Below, piece after piece: positions 1 through 8,429 of a stretch of DNA of 64,000 nucleotides. The position numbers were made by a program, and so were the translations under genes. The DNA is from an uncultured Solirubrobacterales bacterium (lineage in GTDB: Bacteria > Actinomycetota > Thermoleophilia > Solirubrobacterales > Solirubrobacteraceae): NCBI GenBank assembly GCA_963831725.1, contig CAWHRF010000003.1, positions 179,859 through 243,858 of the forward strand, read 5' to 3'. The first letter of the stretch is position 1, and each line of letters opens with the position of its first letter. The notes beneath the pieces are model-generated. The model was given only the letters and a program-made list of their open reading frames with translations. It ran no database searches and was not told the origin of the DNA.

Positions 1-1107
1 GCCGGAGGGCCCGCGCTTGATCCAGCCGACCGCGTACTCGCCGGGGTGCGGCCCGTCGGGGCCCACGACACGCCCGCCCTCGTTGGGGATCGTGGCGCTG
101 CGCTCGTCGAAGGGCACGCCCGGCAGTGCGATCCCGCGGTAGCCGATCGCACGCATCACCAGCCCCGCCTCGATGCTCTCCGTCTCTCCCGTGGGCTCGG
201 CGCGCAGCCGGCCGTCCTCGCCGGCCTGGAGTGCGTTGCGCGCCAGCACAACACGACGCACGCCCCCCCCATCCCCAATCAACTCGATGGGGGAGAGCAG
301 GAAGCGCAGGACGACGCGCTTGCGCTTTCCCTCAGGGGCACGCCCCGCATATTCGCGCAAGACAGACACATTGCGCTCGGACGTGGGGTCCATGTTCGGG
401 TCGGCCACCGCCAGCGCACGCTCCAGCTCCTCGGGGTCGACGATCACGTCCGCGTCGGCCAGTTCGCCCAGCTCGCGCAGCTCGGGGTTCGTGAACGCTG
501 CCTGCGCCGGGCCGCGGCGGCCCACCACCACGATCTCGCGCACACTGCCCGCGTCGAGCACCTCCAGCGCGTGGTCGGCGATGTCGGTGACCGCGAGCTC
601 CTCGTGGGTGAGCGTGAGCATGCGCGCCACGTCGAGTGCGACGTTGCCGTTGCCGATCACCACCGCGCGCGTGGCCGACAGATCGAAGTCGTGCTCGCGA
701 TAGTCGGGATGGCCGTTGTACCAGCCCACGAAATCGGTTGCGGGATGGCTGCCGGGCAGATCCTCGCCGGGGATCCCCAGCGGACGGTCGGCGGGCGAGC
801 CGGTGGCGTACACGATCGCGTGATAGCGCTCGGCGAGCTCGTCGCGCGAGATGTCGTGGCCGAGCTCCACGTTGCCGAAGAACCTGAAGCGCGGATGCGC
901 GGCGGTCTTCTCATATACGCGCGTGACCGACTTGATCTTCGGATGGTCGGGCGCCACACCGGAGCGCACCAGCCCCCACGGGGTGGGCAGGCGCTCGATC
1001 ATGTCGACCTCGAGATCGATGGAGTGCCCGCCCGCCCCGTCCTTGAGCAGGTGCCCAGCGGTGTAGAAGCCGGCGGGTCCCGAGCCGATGACTGCTATGC
1101 GAATCAC
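1..1107 (-). CDS. NADPH-ferredoxin reductase (FprA/adrenodoxin reductase-like), 3' end runs off window
   Basis: Not in the ORF track because it has no stop in the window. The minus strand from GTG 1107 reads VIRIAVIGSGPAGFYTAGHLLK, later GLVRSGVAPDHPKIK and VIGNGNVALDVAR, which are FAD/NADPH Rossmann motifs of the FprA family. Confidence 0.9.
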   Translation of the reverse strand, partial: MIRIAVIGSGPAGFYTAGHLLKDGAGGHSIDLEVDMIERLPTPWGLVRSGVAPDHPKIKSVTRVYEKTAAHPRFRFFGNVELGHDISRDELAERYHAIVYATGSPADRPLGIPGEDLPGSHPATDFVGWYNGHPDYREHDFDLSATRAVVIGNGNVALDVARMLTLTHEELAVTDIADHALEVLDAGSVREIVVVGRRGPAQAAFTNPELRELGELADADVIVDPEELERALAVADPNMDPTSERNVSVLREYAGRAPEGKRKRVVLRFLLSPIELIGDGGGVRRVVLARNALQAGEDGRLRAEPTGETESIEAGLVMRAIGYRGIALPGVPFDERSATIPNEGGRVVGPDGPHPGEYAVGWIKRGPSG

Positions 1108-1108
1108 A

Positions 1109-1182
1109 TGGGCGCGGCCCGACTCGAACGGGCGACCCCCTCGGTGTAAACGAGGTGCTCTGGCCAACTGAGCTACGCGCCC
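1109..1182 (-). tRNA. tRNA-Val (anticodon TAC), CCA not encoded
   Basis: Reverse complement GGGCGCGTAGCTCAGTTGGCCAGAGCACCTCGTTTACACCGAGGGGGTCGCCCGTTCGAGTCGGGCCGCGCCCA folds as a cloverleaf; anticodon loop TTTACAC, GTTCGA T-loop. Confidence 0.95.
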
Positions 1183-1247
1183 CCGCTGGTCCTCTGCGCG
1201 AGGTTCACGGGAGCTCTTAACAGTAGGGACTTGTTGCGTGCGAAGCT

Positions 1248-1967
1248 GTGGACATGGCTGTCGGGGTGGAGCGCCATCGTGTGAGCATCATCGCGTCGTG
1301 CGTGGTGGTGGCACTGGTGCTGCTCCTGGTGCTCGCGCAGGCGCTGCTCCCCTCGCTGGCCGCCCGGCGCGTGCGCGACCGCGTGGCCCGCTACGGCACC
1401 GTGCGCAGTGTCAGCGTGAGCGCGTTCCCCGCGATCGAGCTGCTGTGGGGGAAAGCCGGCACGGTCGACATCGCCGCCGACACGCTCGCCGTGCCCGAGG
1501 ATCGGATCGCCTCGCTGCTGTGGGAAGCGCACGGGGTCGCCAATGTCACGCTCACCGCCGACGCGGCCACGCTCACCGCGGTGCCGAGCCTCTCGCAGGG
1601 GTTGACCGTGCACGAACTGCGCGTCCAGAAGCGGGGGACGGCGGTCAGCGCGAGTGCCACCTTGACTCAGCAGCAGCTCGACGAAGCGCTCGCCGGCGGC
1701 CTTCGGATCGAACCGACCGCAAGCGGCGGCGGCGAGGTCGAAGCGCGCGCGTCCGGCGGGCTGTTTGGCGTGCAGGCGTCGATCGACGTGCTCGTGCGCT
1801 CGCGGGAAGGGCGGCTCGTGGCCGAACCGCGGGGCTTTCCATTGGCGAGCCTCGCGACCGTCACGCTGTTCTCCGACTCCCATCTGCGGGTCGACTCGGT
1901 GGGCATGCGCGTGCTGCGCCGCCGGCCGCTCGTCTACGGGCTCTCGCTCGGCGCCAGTCTGCTCTAG
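1248..1967 (+). CDS. LmeA/DUF2993-like membrane-anchored protein
   Basis: N-terminal TM helix, then VSVSAFPAIELLWGKAGTVDI and a beta-rich body. Start codon uncertain. Confidence 0.55.
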   Translation: MDMAVGVERHRVSIIASCVVVALVLLLVLAQALLPSLAARRVRDRVARYGTVRSVSVSAFPAIELLWGKAGTVDIAADTLAVPEDRIASLLWEAHGVANVTLTADAATLTAVPSLSQGLTVHELRVQKRGTAVSASATLTQQQLDEALAGGLRIEPTASGGGEVEARASGGLFGVQASIDVLVRSREGRLVAEPRGFPLASLATVTLFSDSHLRVDSVGMRVLRRRPLVYGLSLGASLL

Positions 1968-3442
1968 GGCCGGCCGGCTTCAAGCGCGCCGGCCTGCGCC
2001 GAGTGCTTCTCTGCGCTCGCGCCCGAGCGCTCGCGCACGATCATCGGCAGTCCCCGCCTGGGGCTGATCGTCGGCATCTGACGGATCTCCAGTGTGAAAT
2101 CGCGCGGCAGCTCCAGTGCGAAACGGGCGAGGATCATCGTCGCGATCGTGCGCACCTCCAGCTGGCCGAAGCGCATCCCGATGCACGTGCGCGAGCCGCC
2201 GCCGAAGGGGATGTAGGCGCCCTTGGGGATCTCCGCCTTCGCCTCGGGTGCGAAGCGCTCGGGGCGGAACCGCTCGGGGTTGGCGAACACGTCGGGCAGA
2301 CGATGCGACGCCCACGAGCTGTAGTTCACATACGCGTTCGCCGGCACCGTGCAGCCTTCGAACTCGAACGCCTCCACCGACTTGCGCGGCCCCACCCACG
2401 CGGGCGGGTACTTGCGCAGCGTCTCCTCGAGCGTCATCTCGAGCTCCGCCAGCTCGCCGCCCATCATCTGGCCGGCGCTGGGCATGGCGCCGACCGCCTG
2501 CGCCTGCTGCTCGGCCACGATCGCATCGGCGATCCACGGGTGGCGGGCGAGCTCGTAGAACATGAACGACACCGTCGAGGTGGTGGTGTCGTGCCCGGCG
2601 AACAGCAACGTCATCATCTCGTCGCGGATCTGCGTGTCGGTGAACGTGCCGCCGTGCTCGTCCTGCGCGTCGAGCAGCAGGCTCAGCACGTCCTCGCCGC
2701 GCGCGCCGCTCTGACGGCGCCGGGAGATTTCGGCGTACAGCAGTTTGTTGAGCTTTTTCGAAGCCTCCTGCAACCGCGCCCACGGGGTGCCGCGTGCGCG
2801 CAGGAAGCGGTACTGGTAGGGGGAGGCATAGAACGCGAGCGCCTGCTCAAACAGCTCGGCCGCGTCGATCGAGCGCGCCGCCTCCCCGTCTGGGTCCAAG
2901 CCGAACAGCGCGCGCATCGCCACGCGCGTGGCGAGCCGGCGCGTCCACGCATACAGGTCGATCGTCTCCCCCGGGGTGAGCTGCTCCAGTGCGCGCGCGG
3001 TCTCCGAGGTCATCGTGTCGATCGACGCCGCGATCCGCTCGCGGTGAAACGCCGGCAGCATAATCTGCCGCGAGCGCTTGTGGTAGGGGTCGTCGGTCGT
3101 CAGCAGCCCGTCCCCCAGCAGTGCGATCAGATCGCGGAAGTGCGATTCGCGCCACTGGAAGTTGTGCGCATGCGACACGGTGATGTAGTGGTTGGCCGCC
3201 GGTCCGAGCATGAACACCACGTTGCTGTGCAGCACCCGCAGCGTGAAGATCGGCCCGTAGCGCTCGTAGGCATCCAGCAGCAGCGGCAGTGGATCGTCGA
3301 TAAATCGCTTCGTGCGCGCGAGCGAGAAGCCGGTGTCCCCCGGCGGGTAGGCGACCGTCTTGGCGCGCTCGTCGGCGACGTCCTGCGAGAGGATCGCAAA
3401 CGGGCTTTCATGGCGCAGCAGCGGCGGCTCGAGGGCGGGCAT
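1964..3442 (-). CDS. Cytochrome P450
   Basis: AGHDTT I-helix, EETLR, PERF and FGGGSRTCIG heme motif. Leaderless start TACGCT-N6-ATG at 3442. Confidence 0.95.
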   Translation of the reverse strand: MPALEPPLLRHESPFAILSQDVADERAKTVAYPPGDTGFSLARTKRFIDDPLPLLLDAYERYGPIFTLRVLHSNVVFMLGPAANHYITVSHAHNFQWRESHFRDLIALLGDGLLTTDDPYHKRSRQIMLPAFHRERIAASIDTMTSETARALEQLTPGETIDLYAWTRRLATRVAMRALFGLDPDGEAARSIDAAELFEQALAFYASPYQYRFLRARGTPWARLQEASKKLNKLLYAEISRRRQSGARGEDVLSLLLDAQDEHGGTFTDTQIRDEMMTLLFAGHDTTTSTVSFMFYELARHPWIADAIVAEQQAQAVGAMPSAGQMMGGELAELEMTLEETLRKYPPAWVGPRKSVEAFEFEGCTVPANAYVNYSSWASHRLPDVFANPERFRPERFAPEAKAEIPKGAYIPFGGGSRTCIGMRFGQLEVRTIATMILARFALELPRDFTLEIRQMPTISPRRGLPMIVRERSGASAEKHSAQAGALEAGRP

Positions 3443-3567
3443 GGCGTAAGCGTAGAGCAATCGCAGGCGAATTGGCTGGCTGGCCAGCTTGGAGTGGGAG
3501 TCGGTGCTCGGAGGCCGCCCTGCGATACTCTGCGCTACGCACGTAGCGGTATCCCGTGCGCTCGCAC

Positions 3568-3641
3568 GGGGGCGTAGCTCAGTTGGTTAGAGCGCTGCCC
3601 TGTCACGGCAGAGGTCGCGGGTTCGAGTCCCGTCGCTCCCG
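3568..3641 (+). tRNA. tRNA-Asp (anticodon GTC)
   Basis: GGGGGCGTAGCTCAGTTGGTTAGAGCGCTGCCCTGTCACGGCAGAGGTCGCGGGTTCGAGTCCCGTCGCTCCCG cloverleaf; anticodon loop CTGTCAC. Confidence 0.96.
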
Positions 3642-3779
3642 CTCAGTGTTTATGGGCCGAAGGGGGATGGTTCGGGTCTGCCCGAGCCGGGTTGAAGTAT
3701 CCAGGACGTACATCGAGCGCAGCTGACTTGAGGGGACGATGGGCGACGCTGCCGACAGAATGTCGTCGTCTAGACCGCT

Positions 3780-3950
3780 TTTTGGGCCTTGGAGCGCGCT
3801 GGGGGCGATCGGCTTGTCTACCTCGGCCTTCGTACGCCCTCGCCTGTCTTTCTCAAAAAACAGGCGCGAAGTCGCCGGGATGAGCCGCTTGAGTTTCGTC
3901 CGAAGCGGCGGCATAGTTGAGCCGCGTGGCGACTACTATTCGAGCAAGCA
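3780..3950 (-). pseudogene. Possible remnant of a large serine recombinase C-terminus
   Basis: Minus strand reads RLNYAAASDE [frameshift] LKRLI...LFFEK...AEVDKPIA toward the tRNA, resembling the Y..A....RRL.NQAFFEK...AEL.EPF tail of tRNA-targeting actinobacterial serine recombinases. Recalled resemblance only. Confidence 0.3.
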
Positions 3951-4219
3951 ATGCGAGCGTCGTCGCGCTGCCCCCCAAAGCCTGCTAATTGTCTGTGGTT
4001 GTTGCGGCCATAGCTGGCTCACAGCCGGCTGGCGTCGTGCCAAGCCGGCCTGCGTCAGGAGAAGGGCATCGCGATGCTCCCAGAGCCCACCCGGGCTGGC
4101 GCCCAGGCCGGACCAAGGTTTGGCCCCTTCACGCGCTCTTCAAGGCTCGGGCAAATTACTTTGGAGTCGCAATGTAGTTTGCGACGCCCGAGCCGCCAGG
4201 AAATATGTTACTTTGTAGA

Positions 4220-4250
4220 GCGTGCTTTTAGATGTCTGCCTAAAGCGCGC
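4220..4250 (+). promoter_or_regulatory. Imperfect inverted repeat just upstream of the island operon start, candidate operator
   Basis: GCGTGCTTTTAG-N8-CTAAAGCGCGC in an AT-rich stretch, ending 2 nt before ATG 4253. Confidence 0.35.
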
Positions 4251-4252
4251 AT

Positions 4253-4807
4253 ATGACCTCGACGATAGAGATTGACGACGACCTGTTTGACCTGCTGAAG
4301 CAGCACGCAGAGCCGTTTATAGACACGCCGAGCGATGTTTTGCGTCGCCTGCTTGGCGACGTGTCTGGGTCAACGCAAGCGAAACAGGCGGCGTGCACGA
4401 GGAGAGCCTTGCCTGCGGCTGGCGCACCGACTCGACGGCGGAGTGCCAAAGGCCAGAAAGACAATGCGCGCAAAGGGAGCGTTAAGCGCACGCGAGCGCC
4501 GTCAAACGCCCTCCTGTCAGAGAAGGCATATGAGTTGCCTCTGCTCGACGTGCTAGACACGGCCGGCGGCCGGCTTCCCACGCGCGAGGCCGTTGCAGCG
4601 GTCGGCGAGCATGTGGCGGACCAGCTCATGCCGATGGACCACGACGTAATGGACCAAGGGCAAGAGCGCTGGGAGAGTCGGGTCCAGTTCACCCGTCTGC
4701 GCCTCGTCGAGGCGGGTCTGCTCGAGAAGAACTCCCCCCGCGGGGTCTGGGAGATCAGCGACGCTGGCCGTGAGCGTCTCAAGCGCAGTGCGGCGGTCGT
4801 GGCGTGA
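4253..4807 (+). CDS. SeqA N-terminal-like domain fused to Mrr_N winged-helix domain, no nuclease domain
   Basis: N-terminus TIEIDDDLFDLLKQHAEPFIDTPSDVLRRLLG parallels E. coli SeqA_N ([31 protein letters not shown]). C-terminus WESRVQFTRLRLVEAGLLEKNSPRGVWEISDAG fits the Mrr_N signature. Confidence 0.8.
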   Translation: MTSTIEIDDDLFDLLKQHAEPFIDTPSDVLRRLLGDVSGSTQAKQAACTRRALPAAGAPTRRRSAKGQKDNARKGSVKRTRAPSNALLSEKAYELPLLDVLDTAGGRLPTREAVAAVGEHVADQLMPMDHDVMDQGQERWESRVQFTRLRLVEAGLLEKNSPRGVWEISDAGRERLKRSAAVVA

Positions 4808-5448
4808 GCACAGCCACGGCCACCAAGGGCCGCGAGCGCCAGGAGAAGATCCTACGAGCTATCTTCGAGGTCGCGGACGGCACCACGCGCGCGTGCGCTT
4901 ACGAGGACATCGTTGTGCAAGCGTGGAAGATGTGGCCCGAGGAGTTTGGACTGCGCGGCTACGTGCACAAGCACCCGGACTCGTCGGATCTCCACAAGCC
5001 GCTCTATGGGCCGCTCAAGCGCGAAGGCCTCGTGCGAAGCGCCAACAAGAACTTCGGCCTGACCGAGCGGGGTCTAGCGGCCGTCGAGCGTTTGCGCTCC
5101 GGCACTGGGTCTAGGCTCGCGGATCGCGGACGGCTAGAGCGCGATCAGAAGGCCGAGGTGCTGCGGCTGGTCGATCGGCCAGCGTTGCGCCTGCTGCCTA
5201 ACCCCGAGGAGCTGCTCGACACCGATCTCTACGACTTCTACGGCGTCACGGTCCGCACCAAGCCTGCGGAGTTCGCCGGGCGCCTGAAGACCATCGACGC
5301 CGCGATCGACGCTGCCGTTAAGGCCAAGGACCCGTCCATTGAGCTTGAGAAGGTCGCGATGGTCGTCGCTACCCGCGACGCGCTCAAGGCAAGGTATGCC
5401 GATTTGATCTCGGTGCGCTCTGCCGTCAAAGAGAAGACACGGAGCTAA
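4804..5448 (+). CDS. Winged-helix-like hypothetical protein
   Basis: GTGA overlap with the upstream gene. EKILRAIF...EDIVVQAWKMWPEEFGLRGY...LKREGLV...FGLTERG gives a wHTH-type pattern, followed by a helical C-terminal domain. Confidence 0.65.
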   Translation: MSTATATKGRERQEKILRAIFEVADGTTRACAYEDIVVQAWKMWPEEFGLRGYVHKHPDSSDLHKPLYGPLKREGLVRSANKNFGLTERGLAAVERLRSGTGSRLADRGRLERDQKAEVLRLVDRPALRLLPNPEELLDTDLYDFYGVTVRTKPAEFAGRLKTIDAAIDAAVKAKDPSIELEKVAMVVATRDALKARYADLISVRSAVKEKTRS

Positions 5449-5451
5449 CCC

Positions 5452-7233
5452 ATGCCGAAGATCCTGCCGCAGCCAAACGAGTTCGCCGACGAGCTGTTGG
5501 ACGTCGTCGGTCAAGAGTTCAAGTTCGACCACGCCAAGGGGCTCGCGGAGTGGATTAAGAACTGCGCCGACGCCTATATCTGCGATGAGGTTCCCGACGA
5601 CGAACAGGTCATGCTCATCGACCTTCACGAGACTAGCCCGAAGCGTGACTCGACGTTCCGCGTTACCGACTTTGTCGGCATGACGCACGCCGAAATCATG
5701 GGGGCGTTCAAGCGCTGGGGCGACCCGAGGGCGGCGAAACGCGGCACAAACAAGCAGACGCTCGGCGGTCACGGGAACGGCGGCAAGTTTTACATGCGCC
5801 AGAGCTTCAAGACGAGCCACTTCATCACCTACAGGGCCGGCAAGCTCAATGTCTACGGTTTCGACAAGGACCATAGGTACGGCTTCCTGGAGGGCCACGA
5901 GGATCGGGCGATGTCGCTCGCAGGCGCGCTGGAGTACGCCGGCATCGACCTTGACGTCCTGCCCGACCAGGCGCGAAAGCGCCTGGGCGTTAGCGGTGGC
6001 TTCACCGTCGTCGTAGGCGAGAAGCCCGAGCAATTCGCCGGCCGCGCCACAGCGCGAGGCATCATTGAGAAGCTGCTCACGCACCCACAAGCCCGTCGCG
6101 TCATCGCCCACCGGCCGGTGTTCGCTCGCTTCGGCAAGGCCCGCGACGAATATCAGCTATTGGAGGTCAGCGATCCCGCAGGCCGCCCCGACTTCAGCGA
6201 AGCGCAAATAGTCGAGCTGCCCGCAACGCTCACCGACGCCAACGGCGACGAGCATGTGTTCCGCGACGAGAAGTATTCCGAGGCTTACCTTGAACTGCGG
6301 GTGGCAAAGGACGCGCTACGTTCAAAGGGTGCCGATCGCATCGACATCGCCGGTGCCGTCGGAATCATCGGCTCCTACGCCGTCCACGAGCTGGGGGGCA
6401 ACGTGCCGGCCGCTGCCGAGTTCATCTACGGAGAGTGCTTCTGTCCTAAGCTGGAGGATCCCGAGGAGGACCTGGTCAAGAACGACCGCGAGAAGCTCGT
6501 CGAGGGCGAAAAGAGCCGGGTGCTGCTGGATTGGATTCGCGGTCAGGTCACGCTGCTAGCCGATCGGATCGCCGAAGTCGACGCGAAGGAGCGTCGCGCC
6601 CAGGATCTAAGCCAGTCTTCAGCGTTCAACGAGTTCCTCAACGAGTGGAAGAACAAGTTCATGCCAACGTTGATGAGCACGCTGTTCGGCGGCCCAGGCG
6701 AAGGCGGCGGGTTCGGGGGCACGGGGGCAGGTAGCGGCGGCACCGGCGAAAACGAGCCGACTCCCGACGGCGTGCCCAACGAAACAGACTCCGACCAAGG
6801 CTCCGGCGAGGAGGGCGGCGGCGGCGAGGAGGAGCGAAAGGGGCGCCGCGCGCCGCGGGTACTGCTCTCCAGCCAAAACGCGGATCCGCTGGATCCGCTC
6901 GGCGGCCCGGTGGATTGCTCGCCCCGCCACCCCGCAGTCTATCAACGCCACCAAGATGTTCCCGAGGGCATCTACTGGATCAACACGAGCCGTCCGCTCG
7001 CGCAGCGAATCCTCGAGGACTATGGATCGCACAGCACGCGATGGCGCGACTACATGTTCCAGCGATACGTGGAGATCATTCTCAAGGAGTCGATCCGCGA
7101 GCTGGAGCGCAAGCAGGGCAGCTTGAACGCCGACCTCATCGACACTCACATCGACGAGCTCTACACTCGCATCCATGACCAGGCCGAGGAAGACCTAGCC
7201 GGGTTTCTTTTCGACGAGAAGCTCCAAGCTTGA
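5452..7233 (+). CDS. GHKL (MORC-like) ATPase
   Basis: GHKL motifs: LAEWIKNCADA (N box), VTDFVGMT (G1), TLGGHGNGGK (G2), GGFTVVV (G3). Then an S5-like region (IYGECFCPKLE...KNDREKL), a Gly/acidic linker and a C-terminal IYWINTSRPL domain. Confidence 0.8.
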   Translation: MPKILPQPNEFADELLDVVGQEFKFDHAKGLAEWIKNCADAYICDEVPDDEQVMLIDLHETSPKRDSTFRVTDFVGMTHAEIMGAFKRWGDPRAAKRGTNKQTLGGHGNGGKFYMRQSFKTSHFITYRAGKLNVYGFDKDHRYGFLEGHEDRAMSLAGALEYAGIDLDVLPDQARKRLGVSGGFTVVVGEKPEQFAGRATARGIIEKLLTHPQARRVIAHRPVFARFGKARDEYQLLEVSDPAGRPDFSEAQIVELPATLTDANGDEHVFRDEKYSEAYLELRVAKDALRSKGADRIDIAGAVGIIGSYAVHELGGNVPAAAEFIYGECFCPKLEDPEEDLVKNDREKLVEGEKSRVLLDWIRGQVTLLADRIAEVDAKERRAQDLSQSSAFNEFLNEWKNKFMPTLMSTLFGGPGEGGGFGGTGAGSGGTGENEPTPDGVPNETDSDQGSGEEGGGGEEERKGRRAPRVLLSSQNADPLDPLGGPVDCSPRHPAVYQRHQDVPEGIYWINTSRPLAQRILEDYGSHSTRWRDYMFQRYVEIILKESIRELERKQGSLNADLIDTHIDELYTRIHDQAEEDLAGFLFDEKLQA

Positions 7234-8429
7234 GCGACCGACTCACACACATCGACCTGTTTTCGGGCGTTGGGGGGTTCACCCTCGGGTTCGAGGCCAC
7301 CGGCCTCTATGAGACTCGTCTGCTGGTGGACTCTGACCGCGCCGCGGCAGAAACCTTCAAGCGCAACCGGCCCAGGGTGCCGTTCTGGCCCAAGGATCTC
7401 AGCACGGTCGAAGCTGACGAGCTGCTTGGCTTGGGCAAGCTGCGCCCGGGCGCGCTAGACGTGCTGACCGCCGGACCGCCATGTCAGGGGCTATCGAAGA
7501 TCGGCTCCCGTCAGCTCGATGATGAGCGCAACCTGCTGCTGCGGCACACCTGCGAGCTGATCGACGCCATAAAGCCGAAGCTAGCCATCATCGAGAACGT
7601 TCCATCGCTGTTTTGGGATGGCCAAAGCTCGCTCTTTGACGAGCTCAGCGACATGCTTCACGGTGCCGGTTACGTGCCGATCCCCGAGATCCTCGACGCG
7701 TGGCGGTACGGCGTGCCGCAGCTGCGTCGACGCTTGTTTGTCCTGGCTGTGCGTGAGGACGTCGAAGTGCCGGCCGCCCCCTTCCCCGAGGGCGACCAAT
7801 CGCTTCAGTTCAAGGCGCAGGATCTCATCAAGGCTGCCGGGGTCGATGACCCACAGTGCCCGCCTGGCCTGTCTGTCGAGGAGGCCATCGGGGACCTGCC
7901 AGCTATACCAGCGGGCGGTGGTGCCGAAGCCGTGCAGTATCCGCCCGTGAGCGAGCTTTCCAACTACCAACGCGCGCGACGCTCCGGCGCGACGCTGTTG
8001 TTCAACCACAGGGCCCGTGCGCACTCGCCCGCGATGCTGAAGAAGATGGCGATGATCCAAGAGGGCGGGCGCAACCAGGAGCTACCCGACGATCAGCGCC
8101 TTCGCGCCGATCCGGAGCGCGAGTATTTCTCGCAGGCGTACGGACGACTACACCGCCACGGCATCGCGCAGACCATCACCACCTTCTTCCACAATCCCGG
8201 CAGTGGACGCTTCACGCACTATCGGGACCTGCGCGCGCTCACCGTTCGTGAGGCGGCCCGATTTCAGAGTTTTGACGATGAGTACATCTTCATCGGCAAG
8301 GCCGAGCAGCAGATGCGCCATGTCGGCAACGCCGTGCCTGTGCTCCTCTCCACGGCACTGGCGCAGATGTGCGCGGAGATCCTTGCAAGCGACGGCATGA
8401 AAGCCGCCCTCGTGGATGCCGTCGCGTAA
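7230..8429 (+). CDS. DNA (cytosine-5)-methyltransferase
   Basis: Motifs I DLFSGVGG, IV GPPCQG, VI ENV, VIII QLRRR, IX LTVREAARFQSF and X VGNAVP. TTGA overlap with the ATPase gene. Confidence 0.96.
   Translation: MSDRLTHIDLFSGVGGFTLGFEATGLYETRLLVDSDRAAAETFKRNRPRVPFWPKDLSTVEADELLGLGKLRPGALDVLTAGPPCQGLSKIGSRQLDDERNLLLRHTCELIDAIKPKLAIIENVPSLFWDGQSSLFDELSDMLHGAGYVPIPEILDAWRYGVPQLRRRLFVLAVREDVEVPAAPFPEGDQSLQFKAQDLIKAAGVDDPQCPPGLSVEEAIGDLPAIPAGGGAEAVQYPPVSELSNYQRARRSGATLLFNHRARAHSPAMLKKMAMIQEGGRNQELPDDQRLRADPEREYFSQAYGRLHRHGIAQTITTFFHNPGSGRFTHYRDLRALTVREAARFQSFDDEYIFIGKAEQQMRHVGNAVPVLLSTALAQMCAEILASDGMKAALVDAVA

Noticed and set aside
46-3577. Long plus-strand ORFs of 367 and 779 aa (similarly 34538-36475 and 55587-57248)
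   Set aside because: Antisense or alternate-frame shadows of real genes in high-GC DNA; Arg/Ala-rich with no motifs.
3603-3914. 103-aa minus ORF as an intact gene
   Set aside because: It runs into the antisense of tRNA-Asp (ERRDSNPRP is a typical tRNA shadow); at most part of it is a recombinase relic.
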